Of a DNA stretch of 64,000 nucleotides, positions 54,165-62,160 are shown one piece after another (position 1 is the first letter of the stretch; every line of letters begins with the position of its first letter). The translations under genes and the position numbers were made by a program. Source of the DNA: a virus; the IMG/VR virus record IMGVR_UViG_3300025828_000016, positions 21,500 to 85,499 of that record. One strand, given 5' to 3'. Below the pieces are notes generated by a model that had not been told where the DNA came from, ran no database searches, and worked only from the letters and a program-made list of their open reading frames with translations.

Positions 54165-54424
54165 GAGTTTTCTTTTCCGACAACTACTTTTTTTCTTCTA
54201 GTCGTTTCTCTTTCGCCGTCTGTCTCGAAAATGTGCGGTTCTGAGCGTTTGTAGTTTACTGTGACATACCAGGGAATAAAACTTCCCTCCATTGCTTTAG
54301 TTGCTATTTCTATGTTTCCGCAATCGCAAGTTGCGAAGCGTTGCTCTCCAACGCTTGGGACAAAGTCTTGTTTGTAGCGAGTTTCTTTACATTCTTTGCA
54401 TTGGATTGCTAATAAGTTCGACAA
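54161..54424 (-). CDS. Zinc-binding protein
   Basis: CKEC..CDCG; TTG start after GAGGAG. Confidence 0.6.
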   Translation of the reverse strand: MSNLLAIQCKECKETRYKQDFVPSVGEQRFATCDCGNIEIATKAMEGSFIPWYVTVNYKRSEPHIFETDGERETTRRKKVVVGKENS

Positions 54425-54454
54425 AGATTCTCCTCTCTTCTCTCTGATAATTAG

Positions 54455-54539
54455 TACCGATGGGGGGACTTGAACCCCCACGAGCAAATTGCTCAACGGA
54501 TTTTAAGTCCGTTGTGTCTACCTATTCCACCACATCGGC
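54455..54539 (-). tRNA. tRNA-Leu(UAA)
   Basis: ACGGA-ctTAAaa-TCCGT, long variable arm, GGTTCAAGTCC; no encoded CCA. Confidence 0.93.
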
Positions 54540-54544
54540 ATTGT

Positions 54545-54808
54545 CTACTTTATCATCGTAAGGCACCATTGCCTATCTTGTGTGTTCTCTATGTCATAAC
54601 AAACTCTCTCTCTTCTCTGGACCTTTGCTTTACAAGTTGTTTTTAGGAGATGGTCGTTAATGTTCTCACAATAACTTATGTCTCCGCTTCTATCTGCTAA
54701 ACAAAAGTTTTTAAAGTATCCTATCTTATGTCTCTCGCATCTTCTGTCTGCCCAGGTAGAACAACCAAGAAGACCAAGTGATAATAATGTTACTAAAGTT
54801 TTTTTCAT
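54545..54808 (-). CDS. Cys-rich lipoprotein
   Basis: Lipobox LLGC; repeated CxxI..C. Confidence 0.7.
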   Translation of the reverse strand: MKKTLVTLLSLGLLGCSTWADRRCERHKIGYFKNFCLADRSGDISYCENINDHLLKTTCKAKVQRRERVCYDIENTQDRQWCLTMIK

Positions 54809-54811
54809 TTG

Positions 54812-55021
54812 TCAAGTTACCTTCTCGATAAACTGAATGGGTTCTACTGAAAATGTTCCGTTGGACCATCGAATGTGACAACCTTCTGACCTAAGAATTG
54901 GTCCGTCTCCAACGTTGTAATAATCTTCTTTTATCTCCAGAACTATTCCAAGTTCTAAATAATCATCTTCTGGATGGAAACAACCATACTCGGTTAGTCT
55001 AACTAAATCACCGACTTTCAT
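54812..55021 (-). CDS. MKVGDL-family protein
   Basis: MKVGDLVRL..GIVL..IRW. Confidence 0.7.
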   Translation of the reverse strand: MKVGDLVRLTEYGCFHPEDDYLELGIVLEIKEDYYNVGDGPILRSEGCHIRWSNGTFSVEPIQFIEKVT

Positions 55022-55415
55022 CTTTCTGGACCCACATTCTTACGAGTAGTCTGTCTCCTATCGGTCCCTTACGAGCGTGAAGACAACGCTTGTTGTCGAA
55101 GATAATCGACTGACCTTTCTGTAGGCAAGTCTCCAGTAAGGTTTCGTAATGACTATCTTTTACCATAGTCATCGTGCCGCCTGGGTTTAGACAGTAAAGA
55201 CCAACAATATCAATCCTCTCGGCTTTATCTTTTGTGTAGTCTCCATCTCGGTGCCAATCTAAGTCTATGTCTCGCCTACTTCCTCGACCTTCTGCGTCAA
55301 AGTTGCCAACGAGGGACAACTCAACTGGTGTTCCATAAGAAAGCATTTCGTGGATAAACTCTTCTAAAGTCCAAGAGTTATTCATTATCCAGGGTCTTTT
55401 TTCGTCTACTTTCAT
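55008..55415 (-). CDS. Minimal TauD/TfdA-like Fe(II)/2OG oxygenase
   Basis: WHRDG (HxD), FDNKRCLHAR, RLLVR. Confidence 0.7.
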   Translation of the reverse strand: MKVDEKRPWIMNNSWTLEEFIHEMLSYGTPVELSLVGNFDAEGRGSRRDIDLDWHRDGDYTKDKAERIDIVGLYCLNPGGTMTMVKDSHYETLLETCLQKGQSIIFDNKRCLHARKGPIGDRLLVRMWVQKDESR

Positions 55416-55654
55416 TAGTGGCACGCTCCGCAATAACATCCAGGGTTCTTAGGGCAAGACCAAGCAGAACACTCGCTTCTCGGTGCTAAAATAGTCTCAC
55501 CTTTGAAAGTTTTTATCTCAAATAGTTCTTCGTCTTGTATGTCAACCTTGAGAATACGAGTAAGCATCCCGACAATTTCAGAATAGGCTAGACTTTCCTC
55601 CATAGAGTCAACCCATATTTGTTGTCTCCAAACTATTAATTCTCCAACTTCCAT
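55415..55654 (-). CDS. MKVGDL-family protein with Cys-rich tail
   Basis: MEVGELI; leaderless promoter upstream. Confidence 0.6.
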   Translation of the reverse strand: MEVGELIVWRQQIWVDSMEESLAYSEIVGMLTRILKVDIQDEELFEIKTFKGETILAPRSECSAWSCPKNPGCYCGACH

Positions 55655-55660
55655 AAGATA

Positions 55661-55689
55661 ATCCTATTTTAGTTTTTTACGAAAGTCAA
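55661..55689 (-). promoter_or_regulatory. Sigma70 promoter, leaderless
   Basis: TTGACT-17-TAGGAT, 6 nt to ATG. Confidence 0.7.
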
Positions 55690-55691
55690 GT

Positions 55692-55730
55692 GAAAAACAA
55701 AGGGTGGCAATCAAAATGACTACCACCCTT
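55692..55730 (-). terminator. Rho-independent terminator after hsp20
   Basis: AGGGTGGTAGTCA-ttt-TGATTGCCACCCT then TTGTTTTT. Confidence 0.75.
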
Positions 55731-55747
55731 CAAAGAGCAACAAGGAG

Positions 55748-56176
55748 TTATAGAATAGAGACAGAAACAGGTTGCATTTCAGCACGTTGTGGGACGGTTA
55801 CTGTGAGTAGACCGTTCTCAAAACGAGCAGAAGTGTTTGTAAGGTCAAGGTTATTGTCGTAGTTTACATAAGTCTTCTTGAAAGAACGACGTGCAATCCT
55901 ACGCTGTGCTGGACCATCATCGGTTTCGCTTTGTGCCGAAACCGTAATGCTGCGCTTGTCTGGTAGAATGTCAATATTTAGTTCGTCCTTGCTGAAACCA
56001 GCGAGGGCAAACTCCATTACAGTGTTTCCAGAGTCGTCGCTGTAAATGTCCGCAACTGGATAACCTTGTGTGCTTTGTTTTAGATGACGAGGAAAGTCCA
56101 CTACAAACGAGTCGAACACATCGTCAAAAACATTCCTTCCCAATAGTCTTGGGTGGTGCTTAATAATACTTGTCAT
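55748..56176 (-). CDS. hsp20: Small heat-shock protein Hsp20 (IbpA-like)
   Basis: YP, ALAGFSK, IARRSF, ARFENGLL. Confidence 0.9.
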   Translation of the reverse strand: MTSIIKHHPRLLGRNVFDDVFDSFVVDFPRHLKQSTQGYPVADIYSDDSGNTVMEFALAGFSKDELNIDILPDKRSITVSAQSETDDGPAQRRIARRSFKKTYVNYDNNLDLTNTSARFENGLLTVTVPQRAEMQPVSVSIL

Positions 56177-56240
56177 AATAATCTTCTCCTTTTTATAAGC
56201 GAGGTTGAATGTTACTCCCTACTCTGGGTGGCAACATTCT
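56177..56240 (-). promoter_or_regulatory. ROSE-like RNA thermometer leader
   Basis: CTC-G-CTT pairs with SD AAGGAG with a bulged G; upstream hairpin GAATGTTGC/GTAACATTC. Confidence 0.55.
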
Positions 56241-56243
56241 TAT

Positions 56244-56271
56244 ATTATAATAAAGTTGTTTTACTTGTCAA
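56244..56271 (-). promoter_or_regulatory. Sigma70 promoter for hsp20
   Basis: TTGACA-16-TATAAT. Confidence 0.7.
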
Positions 56272-56363
56272 GGGGTTTTTCTGAAAAAAGTGAAAGAAAA
56301 GTTCCAAGGCTAATAATAAAAACCCAATCAAACATTGTTAGACCCCAGTACATAACTCTCCTT

Positions 56364-56440
56364 TGGTACTCCCGGTAGGACTTGAACCTACGACCGAGCG
56401 GTTATGAGCCGCCTGCTCTGACCAACTGAGCTACGGGAGC
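56364..56440 (-). tRNA. tRNA with CAU anticodon, probably tRNA-Ile2 (lysidine)
   Basis: GGCGG-ctCATaa-CCGCT; C4:G69 and C5:G68; anticodon arm resembles E. coli Ile2; encoded CCA. Confidence 0.85.
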
Positions 56441-56448
56441 ATAAATAA

Positions 56449-57147
56449 CTAAAATAATTTAAGAAACTCCCACGTTTCTTTATAACCTTCGACATTATAA
56501 ACTTTATCTTTTTCTTTGTCAAGAACTTTTGCGAGGGCATAGTCATTTCCTCCCTCGTGTGCTCTGTCTCCAAAGAAATGATAGTCACCTTCCTCAATGT
56601 ATTCGAGGACTTGCGACTTATCCCAACCAGTAGGATAAATGTCTATGCTTATCTCTCCACCGACTGAGGCTTCGAGTAAGTCAAAGTGTTTATTGATAAA
56701 GTTTGCTATGTCTTGTCGCTCTCCGCTTTGACGGTCCCAAGCAGCATAGTTTTTTCTTTGCTGTTGGTTTGCTCCTCTGCCTACGACAGAGAAGTTTATC
56801 ATCCCAGGTCTTTCTTCTATGTGGGTTCCACAAAGGTTTGGATACTCTGTTCTTTGTAGTCTACCTACCAAATAACTCATAAGTGCTTGACTTGGAATAA
56901 AGTTATGCTCATAAACCATTTTGCCTCGTTTATGTAGAGTGTTTCCCATACAACCGAAAGCACCCTCGACTGAAAGTAGAATGTCCTCGGGTATTTGTTG
57001 CTGTATCTTTGGGTAGTCACTACCAGAAACAAGATAAACTTTTTTGCCCTCCATCCATTTCGTGAAGAAAGTGTGGAAGTGTTTATCCATTTCTTGTCTT
57101 GCTGGTGTAAGTGTGCCGTCTACATCAAATAGGTAAATGTTTTCCAA
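56449..57147 (-). CDS. HAD-IIB phosphomannomutase (eukaryote-type PMM family)
   Basis: FDVDGTLT, SGSD, IEERPGMINFS, GGEISIDI, WDK, FFGD..GGND. Confidence 0.88.
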   Translation of the reverse strand: MENIYLFDVDGTLTPARQEMDKHFHTFFTKWMEGKKVYLVSGSDYPKIQQQIPEDILLSVEGAFGCMGNTLHKRGKMVYEHNFIPSQALMSYLVGRLQRTEYPNLCGTHIEERPGMINFSVVGRGANQQQRKNYAAWDRQSGERQDIANFINKHFDLLEASVGGEISIDIYPTGWDKSQVLEYIEEGDYHFFGDRAHEGGNDYALAKVLDKEKDKVYNVEGYKETWEFLKLF

Positions 57148-57148
57148 G

Positions 57149-57499
57149 TTATGCTATCTCCGATAAAAATCTGAAGTTTGGGTGAAAAGAAATGTCATTA
57201 GTTTGTTTATAAACTTTCTCTAATTTCAACTTTTTTGCTACTAAATGCCCCTTTCCAGTTTGTCTAGGGGCGAAGACTGCTATAACCTCTCTACTGATAG
57301 GTTTCTCTACTAAATTTAATGTATTTACGAAACCTTTCAGGGATAATGGAGGAATTTCTACTGCCTCAACATAAACTGGTGTTGCTTCTTTTAGCACTCT
57401 CTCTTTTGCTAATCTCTCAATAGTAGTTTGAGAAGTGTCGCAAAACTGATAAGGTTGGTCGTTTGGTCCCATGTAACTCGCTTGATAATATTTAGGCAT
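57149..57499 (-). CDS. Hypothetical protein
   Basis: 116 aa, tightly packed. Confidence 0.6.
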   Translation of the reverse strand: MPKYYQASYMGPNDQPYQFCDTSQTTIERLAKERVLKEATPVYVEAVEIPPLSLKGFVNTLNLVEKPISREVIAVFAPRQTGKGHLVAKKLKLEKVYKQTNDISFHPNFRFLSEIA

Positions 57500-57501
57500 A
57501 A

Positions 57502-58023
57502 TTAAAGCACCTGCTTAATTGCGTCAAAGATAACTTTTTCAAGATTTACAGAATTTGATTGAGTTCGCGAAACATTTTCGGCAACCATATTAACTTTTGT
57601 GCGCCAATCATCTACCCAGCAATTTGCGACGGCATCAAGATTTTGTACATTCAAATTATCATAATCAACAACGCCAACTTTTCGTTGACCCTCGTCGATG
57701 AAAATCATCCTATCGAAAGTTCGTGTTATCTCTTGTTTCTTGGAACGGTGATTTTTTAAAGTAACCTTTGCCGTGTGCTGAGTACGTGGTTGAAATATTT
57801 TGTGCTGAAGTTTGCACTCATAGCGAAGACCATCGGCACCTTCAAAATCCATACCGTCTGCGCTGTCACCAACATACTTTAGATTACCATTGCTGTACTT
57901 ATCAACTGCCATTTCGATAATCTCTGTACGAAGAGGACGAGTTTGATTTCTTTTTAGGGTCTGAGTCGAGTCAATAACACGAAAAACCTTTTCCCAGTTA
58001 ACTACTTTGTTCAGGTCTAGCAT
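57502..58023 (-). CDS. Putative PD-(D/E)XK endonuclease
   Basis: GMDF...YECK (D..ExK); overlaps the methylase gene. Confidence 0.5.
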   Translation of the reverse strand: MLDLNKVVNWEKVFRVIDSTQTLKRNQTRPLRTEIIEMAVDKYSNGNLKYVGDSADGMDFEGADGLRYECKLQHKIFQPRTQHTAKVTLKNHRSKKQEITRTFDRMIFIDEGQRKVGVVDYDNLNVQNLDAVANCWVDDWRTKVNMVAENVSRTQSNSVNLEKVIFDAIKQVL

Positions 58024-58915
58024 CTTCTACCTCTCTCTCGTAACTTGTTATCAATAATTCTTTCCGCTCTTTTTGAGCATCCACATACATACTAGTCGAT
58101 CTCATTGTATAAGTCAAGTCCCAATCGTTAAAAAAGTAATCAGAGAATCGTTTTTTTAGTATCTCATTGGAATTATAGGTAATCATCCACTGGTGTGGAC
58201 ACTTAACAACATCTTCATAGAACCTCATGTGGTCAAACCCAGAGTGCATATCTCCGTTTTTACCGTACAGATTATCTTTGATATCGTATGGAGGGTCAAG
58301 AAAAACAAAACAATTCTCACCAGTTTCGTTCATTACCTCTTCATAATCAATATTAGTTATTTTCCAGTTTTTAATAAGTTTAGAATAATAAGGTAAAGCA
58401 TTGATACCATTTAGAGAAAAGTTTTGCTCAGATGCTTGTTCTGAGAATGAACTACTCTCACCAAGCCCTGAGAAACTACACTTATTCAAAATATAAAAAT
58501 AAACTGCTTTCGTAAATTCATCAGCGTTATTAATGTCTTCTTTTGCTTTGTTAAAAAGATCGCGATGCTTTTGTATTTTATTAATAATATCAGCATCCCA
58601 GTTCTCTTTGGAAACTTTTTCTTTCCTCAGTGGTTTTGATACATAAACTAATGGAGTCTTGATATCCAGAAGGGTTTTGTAAAGTTTATCTCCATTGTCT
58701 CGTAACTGAATCCAGAAGTTATATAGGTTAAAATATTTGTCATTTACCCAAATTTTTGCATCAGGATATGTTTTACTTACATGTATTGCAACAGAACCAC
58801 CACCTAAGAATGGTTCTCTAAATTCAGAGAAATTGTCTGGAAAAGAAGGAGAAAAGTTCTTTATTCCTTTCGACTTACCACCGGGATATCTTAGTGGGGT
58901 TTTGTGTTTTTTCAT
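57998..58915 (-). CDS. dam: DNA adenine methyltransferase (Dam/D12 class)
   Basis: RYPGGK, EPFLGGGS, VND, LDPPY, ELLI. Confidence 0.9.
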   Translation of the reverse strand: MKKHKTPLRYPGGKSKGIKNFSPSFPDNFSEFREPFLGGGSVAIHVSKTYPDAKIWVNDKYFNLYNFWIQLRDNGDKLYKTLLDIKTPLVYVSKPLRKEKVSKENWDADIINKIQKHRDLFNKAKEDINNADEFTKAVYFYILNKCSFSGLGESSSFSEQASEQNFSLNGINALPYYSKLIKNWKITNIDYEEVMNETGENCFVFLDPPYDIKDNLYGKNGDMHSGFDHMRFYEDVVKCPHQWMITYNSNEILKKRFSDYFFNDWDLTYTMRSTSMYVDAQKERKELLITSYEREVEDARPEQSS

Positions 58916-59136
58916 TCTTCCTCTTCTACTAATCTTATTCTTTCTGGGATAAATTCTACGGACCTATTCATGTCCGCAAAGAAAACACTAACAAAACTTG
59001 GTGTAGGTTTGTGTCGGCTTTGGTCGGTTTCGATAATGTCGTCAATAATGCCGTACTTACCTTGATATTTCTTCCTATTGATAGGGTCCATATCTTCTAC
59101 CCAGACCGTCACAAGTTGTCCGCACTTAAACTTCAT
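58912..59136 (-). CDS. MKVGDL-family protein
   Basis: Start refined to MKFKCGQLV; GII. Confidence 0.6.
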   Translation of the reverse strand: MKFKCGQLVTVWVEDMDPINRKKYQGKYGIIDDIIETDQSRHKPTPSFVSVFFADMNRSVEFIPERIRLVEEEE

Positions 59137-59344
59137 TGTCAACCTTTTGTACCGCTTGTAAGTTATTCTCAAACACCCAGCGGTCATCCAAACCACTATC
59201 TGTCCAATGAACTTTATACATTCTAATGGTTGCGTTTCCGCTTTGTCTTTGAACTATCACTCCATAGGATAGCGGTAGTGTTCTGTTAAACTGTTTAGTT
59301 GTGACTAAATCACCCAAGTTATGTTTATAATATATTTTATTCAT
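59126..59344 (-). CDS. MKVGDL-family protein
   Basis: LGDLV..GVIV..VHW. Confidence 0.6.
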   Translation of the reverse strand: MNKIYYKHNLGDLVTTKQFNRTLPLSYGVIVQRQSGNATIRMYKVHWTDSGLDDRWVFENNLQAVQKVDNEV

Positions 59345-59367
59345 TTTTATTAGTCAAGTAAAAAAAT

Positions 59368-59495
59368 GTGGAATGGTCCCCCCTACTTGTTCTTCGCCCA
59401 GGGAGAGGACTAGATTCACTTCAACTGTGCGACTCACGCACCCTTCATTAGAATCATGGAAGGTCAAACCCATAATATTGTTGCGACCATCCCAC
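59368..59495 (-). ncRNA. Candidate structured ncRNA (128 nt)
   Basis: 11-bp end-to-end stem and two internal hairpins, followed by a T-run. Confidence 0.45.
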
Positions 59496-59508
59496 TCAGA
59501 AACATAGT

Positions 59509-59709
59509 TTATTTTTTTACTTTTTTTAAATCTTTTCGTGTATGTTTTTCTCGTTTAACTTTCCCATTGATGAACCAATCAACATTAAACTTCATTCGTC
59601 GGTTGTCTGGCATGTAAATTGAAACCATGCCTATGCAACCTTTATAAATCTCTAAACATTTTAGTTTGTTTCCATAACTGGAAAGTTCTACTAAATCGCC
59701 TTCTTTCAT
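59509..59709 (-). CDS. MKVGDL-family protein
   Basis: MKEGDLV..GMV..VDW. Confidence 0.7.
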   Translation of the reverse strand: MKEGDLVELSSYGNKLKCLEIYKGCIGMVSIYMPDNRRMKFNVDWFINGKVKREKHTRKDLKKVKK

Positions 59710-59915
59710 CGTCCAATGCTCTTTGTCATTTCCATACTAGTAATGTATTGATATGCACCTTTGTTGAACGCAGGGGCAGTGCGACGAGACTTGATCACTT
59801 TTTCTTGAAGTGCCAGGGTTTGACCACACTCCAAACAGGTTCTATAACCAAGACGATATCTCTTCGGGTTGAAATCATCTCCACAAGAAACACATTCAGC
59901 CATTCTTTCCTCCAA
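59706..59915 (-). CDS. DksA/TraR-like C4 zinc-finger protein
   Basis: CVSC...R..LG..TCLEC. Confidence 0.6.
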   Translation of the reverse strand: MEERMAECVSCGDDFNPKRYRLGYRTCLECGQTLALQEKVIKSRRTAPAFNKGAYQYITSMEMTKSIGR

Positions 59916-60405
59916 TTTTCAAAAAACTTTTGTACTTGGCATCCATGTTATCATAGTAACTGGTTTTAGTCAAGTGCTTATGTGCTTTATGCAGTTCTTC
60001 TCTACCTGCTATATTAATTAGAAAATAAGGTGCTTTTCCTCTCGGGTTGAATCCATTTATTGATACAGAATCTTCAGGATTAAAACATATCGTCTTGATA
60101 TCTTTATAACCTTTGTATCTTATAACCTTATTCACAAACACTTGAAAATCTTTTGTTTCCTCTGCTGAAAGGGTTTCTCCTTCCGGCAGTTCGAGTATCA
60201 ATAGAGCACTATTATAATCAGAGTTTTTATATTTGTCAAGCAGAAAACCTAACGATTGTTCTTCATTTATGCAATCTATCATTAGTTTACCGCTGTCCAA
60301 CTCTGGACCGGCGAAAGGACAGACAGGCATATTCCCAAACTCTGGGCGAGCGGGTCTAATAACTTCGTTAATGTAGTTAATTACTTTTTGTCTCTTGGGG
60401 TTCAT
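59896..60405 (-). CDS. DUF1415-like protein
   Basis: VCPFA motif; APYFLI. Confidence 0.5.
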   Translation of the reverse strand: MNPKRQKVINYINEVIRPARPEFGNMPVCPFAGPELDSGKLMIDCINEEQSLGFLLDKYKNSDYNSALLILELPEGETLSAEETKDFQVFVNKVIRYKGYKDIKTICFNPEDSVSINGFNPRGKAPYFLINIAGREELHKAHKHLTKTSYYDNMDAKYKSFLKIGGKNG

Positions 60406-60598
60406 TGATAACCTCTAACCTGCTTTTGCCCATCCAGAACTCTTTGTCTTGTTTAAACCACTTGACTTTGATTGTTGATTTATTATTTTCTGCCTCGGCA
60501 ATAATCAATCCAAGGTCGTGCTTCTTTAGTCCATTGAAGAACTCGTGAAAAGTTGCTGGAGCGTCGTCTGAATATCTAACCAAGTCTCCTACTTTCAT
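60377..60598 (-). CDS. MKVGDL-family protein
   Basis: Start refined to MKVGDLVRY; GLII..VKWF. Confidence 0.7.
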   Translation of the reverse strand: MKVGDLVRYSDDAPATFHEFFNGLKKHDLGLIIAEAENNKSTIKVKWFKQDKEFWMGKSRLEVINEPQETKSN

Positions 60599-60855
60599 TT
60601 TGGTTTCTTTACTATCTGTGCTTCTTCTAAAAGGATAAGTGACTCGTATGCTCTCACATCGAATAAAATGTTTCTCCAAAGGTGTCGGTTGGTTTCGGTT
60701 ATTGTGAATAACCTTTCGCTTTCTCCAATAGATATCCAACCCATAACTTCTCTATTGGGTGCTGTGTCTAACCAGTTTATAATATCACAAGCACCCTCAA
60801 TATCATTTGGGAACCATATCCATCTTTCTGGTTCAAACTCTTGATCTACTACCAT
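60595..60855 (-). CDS. Hypothetical protein
   Basis: 86 aa, AAGGA RBS. Confidence 0.55.
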   Translation of the reverse strand: MVVDQEFEPERWIWFPNDIEGACDIINWLDTAPNREVMGWISIGESERLFTITETNRHLWRNILFDVRAYESLILLEEAQIVKKPK

Positions 60856-62160
60856 TTACGCTTCCTTTCCCATCCAGCGATAAGCAAGAAAAGCAAGACC
60901 AAAGAGAACCAATAACCCAAATGTGTCTGCTTTTTTTACTGGTGTTGACGAGCAACCTTGTTCCGCTACAATAGTTTTGGTTGGGATTACTTCCTCTTCT
61001 GGAATAATTTCTACTGGTGTAATCACGTCCACCTCTATTATTTGACCACCAAGGTCTATAAGATTATCTCTTGAAATAATATTTTTGTCAAGAGGTTTTT
61101 GCTCTGTTGGGTTGTCCTCGGATAAGTTTTCCTCTTTTGGAGTGTCTTCGTTTCTGGTCAACTCTACCTTTTGTGCTGGTGTGGGTTCAGGTAAGTCCGG
61201 TGGATCTACCGCATAAGCAGGGCGACTGATAGTAACGGGCATAATGGAGACGCCGAGTGGACGGTGCCAGGGGTTGTACCAACCTACGTCAAAGTTCCCC
61301 ATTACGAATAGTTCGTCCATAGTAAAGGGTTTATTTTCTTCAACTTGAATACTCAAAAAGAACTCGTGGTAAGCAGACTGTGTGTCTCTCGCTGAAAGGT
61401 TGAGGTACATATCCCACGCCATTAGGTCTGCTCTACCGTCCACAAAGACTTGCCACTCCCAGAGTGTGACGTTGTATTGGGTTTTTACTCTATAACTTTC
61501 GTCAGCATAACCTTTGACTTGGATGTCGCCTTCTGCCATCCAAGCAGTTTCTTCGTCCATTTTGTATTCACCGTGAGCCATAATAGAACCTTCGGTGTCT
61601 ATTCCTAAACCATATTCTGATTTTAGAGTGACCTGACCGTAAGCGTCTATGCCGTAAGACTCAAAAGGCAAGGACCAATCCCAGCGGAAAGCACCAGATT
61701 CAACTGTGGTGTCGGTTGTTGCTTGGACTGATAAGACAGGATGCTCTCCCCAATCTTGCCATTGGTCTGACCATAGGGTGCATTTGAAACCACCAAACCA
61801 ACCAAACGGGTCGGCATTACAGTTTTTCCCTGGTGTTGCTCTAACTTTTATAACTGCGACATAGAAGTCAGACCCTCGGTCTATTGACGACTCAAACCAA
61901 AAGAACTCTATGATAGTGTCCACGGTGTTTCCGAAAACGTCAGAGTTTCCGGCATAGAGTGTGTTGCCTGTAAAGAAAGCATAAGGCGAAACCTCTTCGG
62001 GTGGGTCGCCTATCGCATAGAAGTCGTCAAAGTCAATATCCCAACCCCCGGTTAGAATTTGTGCTCCGGTGTAGGAAGTCTCGCTTTGTGTGAGTTTTGC
62101 TGCAGAAGCCGGCAGCGCCATGGCAGTAAAGAATACAAATAAACAAAAAATTAATCGCAC
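60856..62160 (-). CDS. Secreted surface protein with MYXO-CTERM-like sorting tail
   Basis: Signal peptide ..ALPASA; Pro/Glu stalk; GCSS-linker-GLLVLFGLAFLA-YRW. Confidence 0.7.
   Translation of the reverse strand: MRLIFCLFVFFTAMALPASAAKLTQSETSYTGAQILTGGWDIDFDDFYAIGDPPEEVSPYAFFTGNTLYAGNSDVFGNTVDTIIEFFWFESSIDRGSDFYVAVIKVRATPGKNCNADPFGWFGGFKCTLWSDQWQDWGEHPVLSVQATTDTTVESGAFRWDWSLPFESYGIDAYGQVTLKSEYGLGIDTEGSIMAHGEYKMDEETAWMAEGDIQVKGYADESYRVKTQYNVTLWEWQVFVDGRADLMAWDMYLNLSARDTQSAYHEFFLSIQVEENKPFTMDELFVMGNFDVGWYNPWHRPLGVSIMPVTISRPAYAVDPPDLPEPTPAQKVELTRNEDTPKEENLSEDNPTEQKPLDKNIISRDNLIDLGGQIIEVDVITPVEIIPEEEVIPTKTIVAEQGCSSTPVKKADTFGLLVLFGLAFLAYRWMGKEA

Noticed and set aside
46336-55689. CRISPR array or integron attC cassette array
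   Set aside because: The repeats are promoters separated by whole genes at irregular spacing; no attC-type palindromes, integrase or cas1 seen
56207-56239. CIRCE operator before hsp20
   Set aside because: The inverted repeat does not match TTAGCACTC-N9-GAGTGCTAA; better read as an RNA hairpin
53883-56597. ORFs 53883..54254 (+), 56388..56597 (-) and the upstream extension of 54161..54496
   Set aside because: They overlap tRNA genes or the PMM gene
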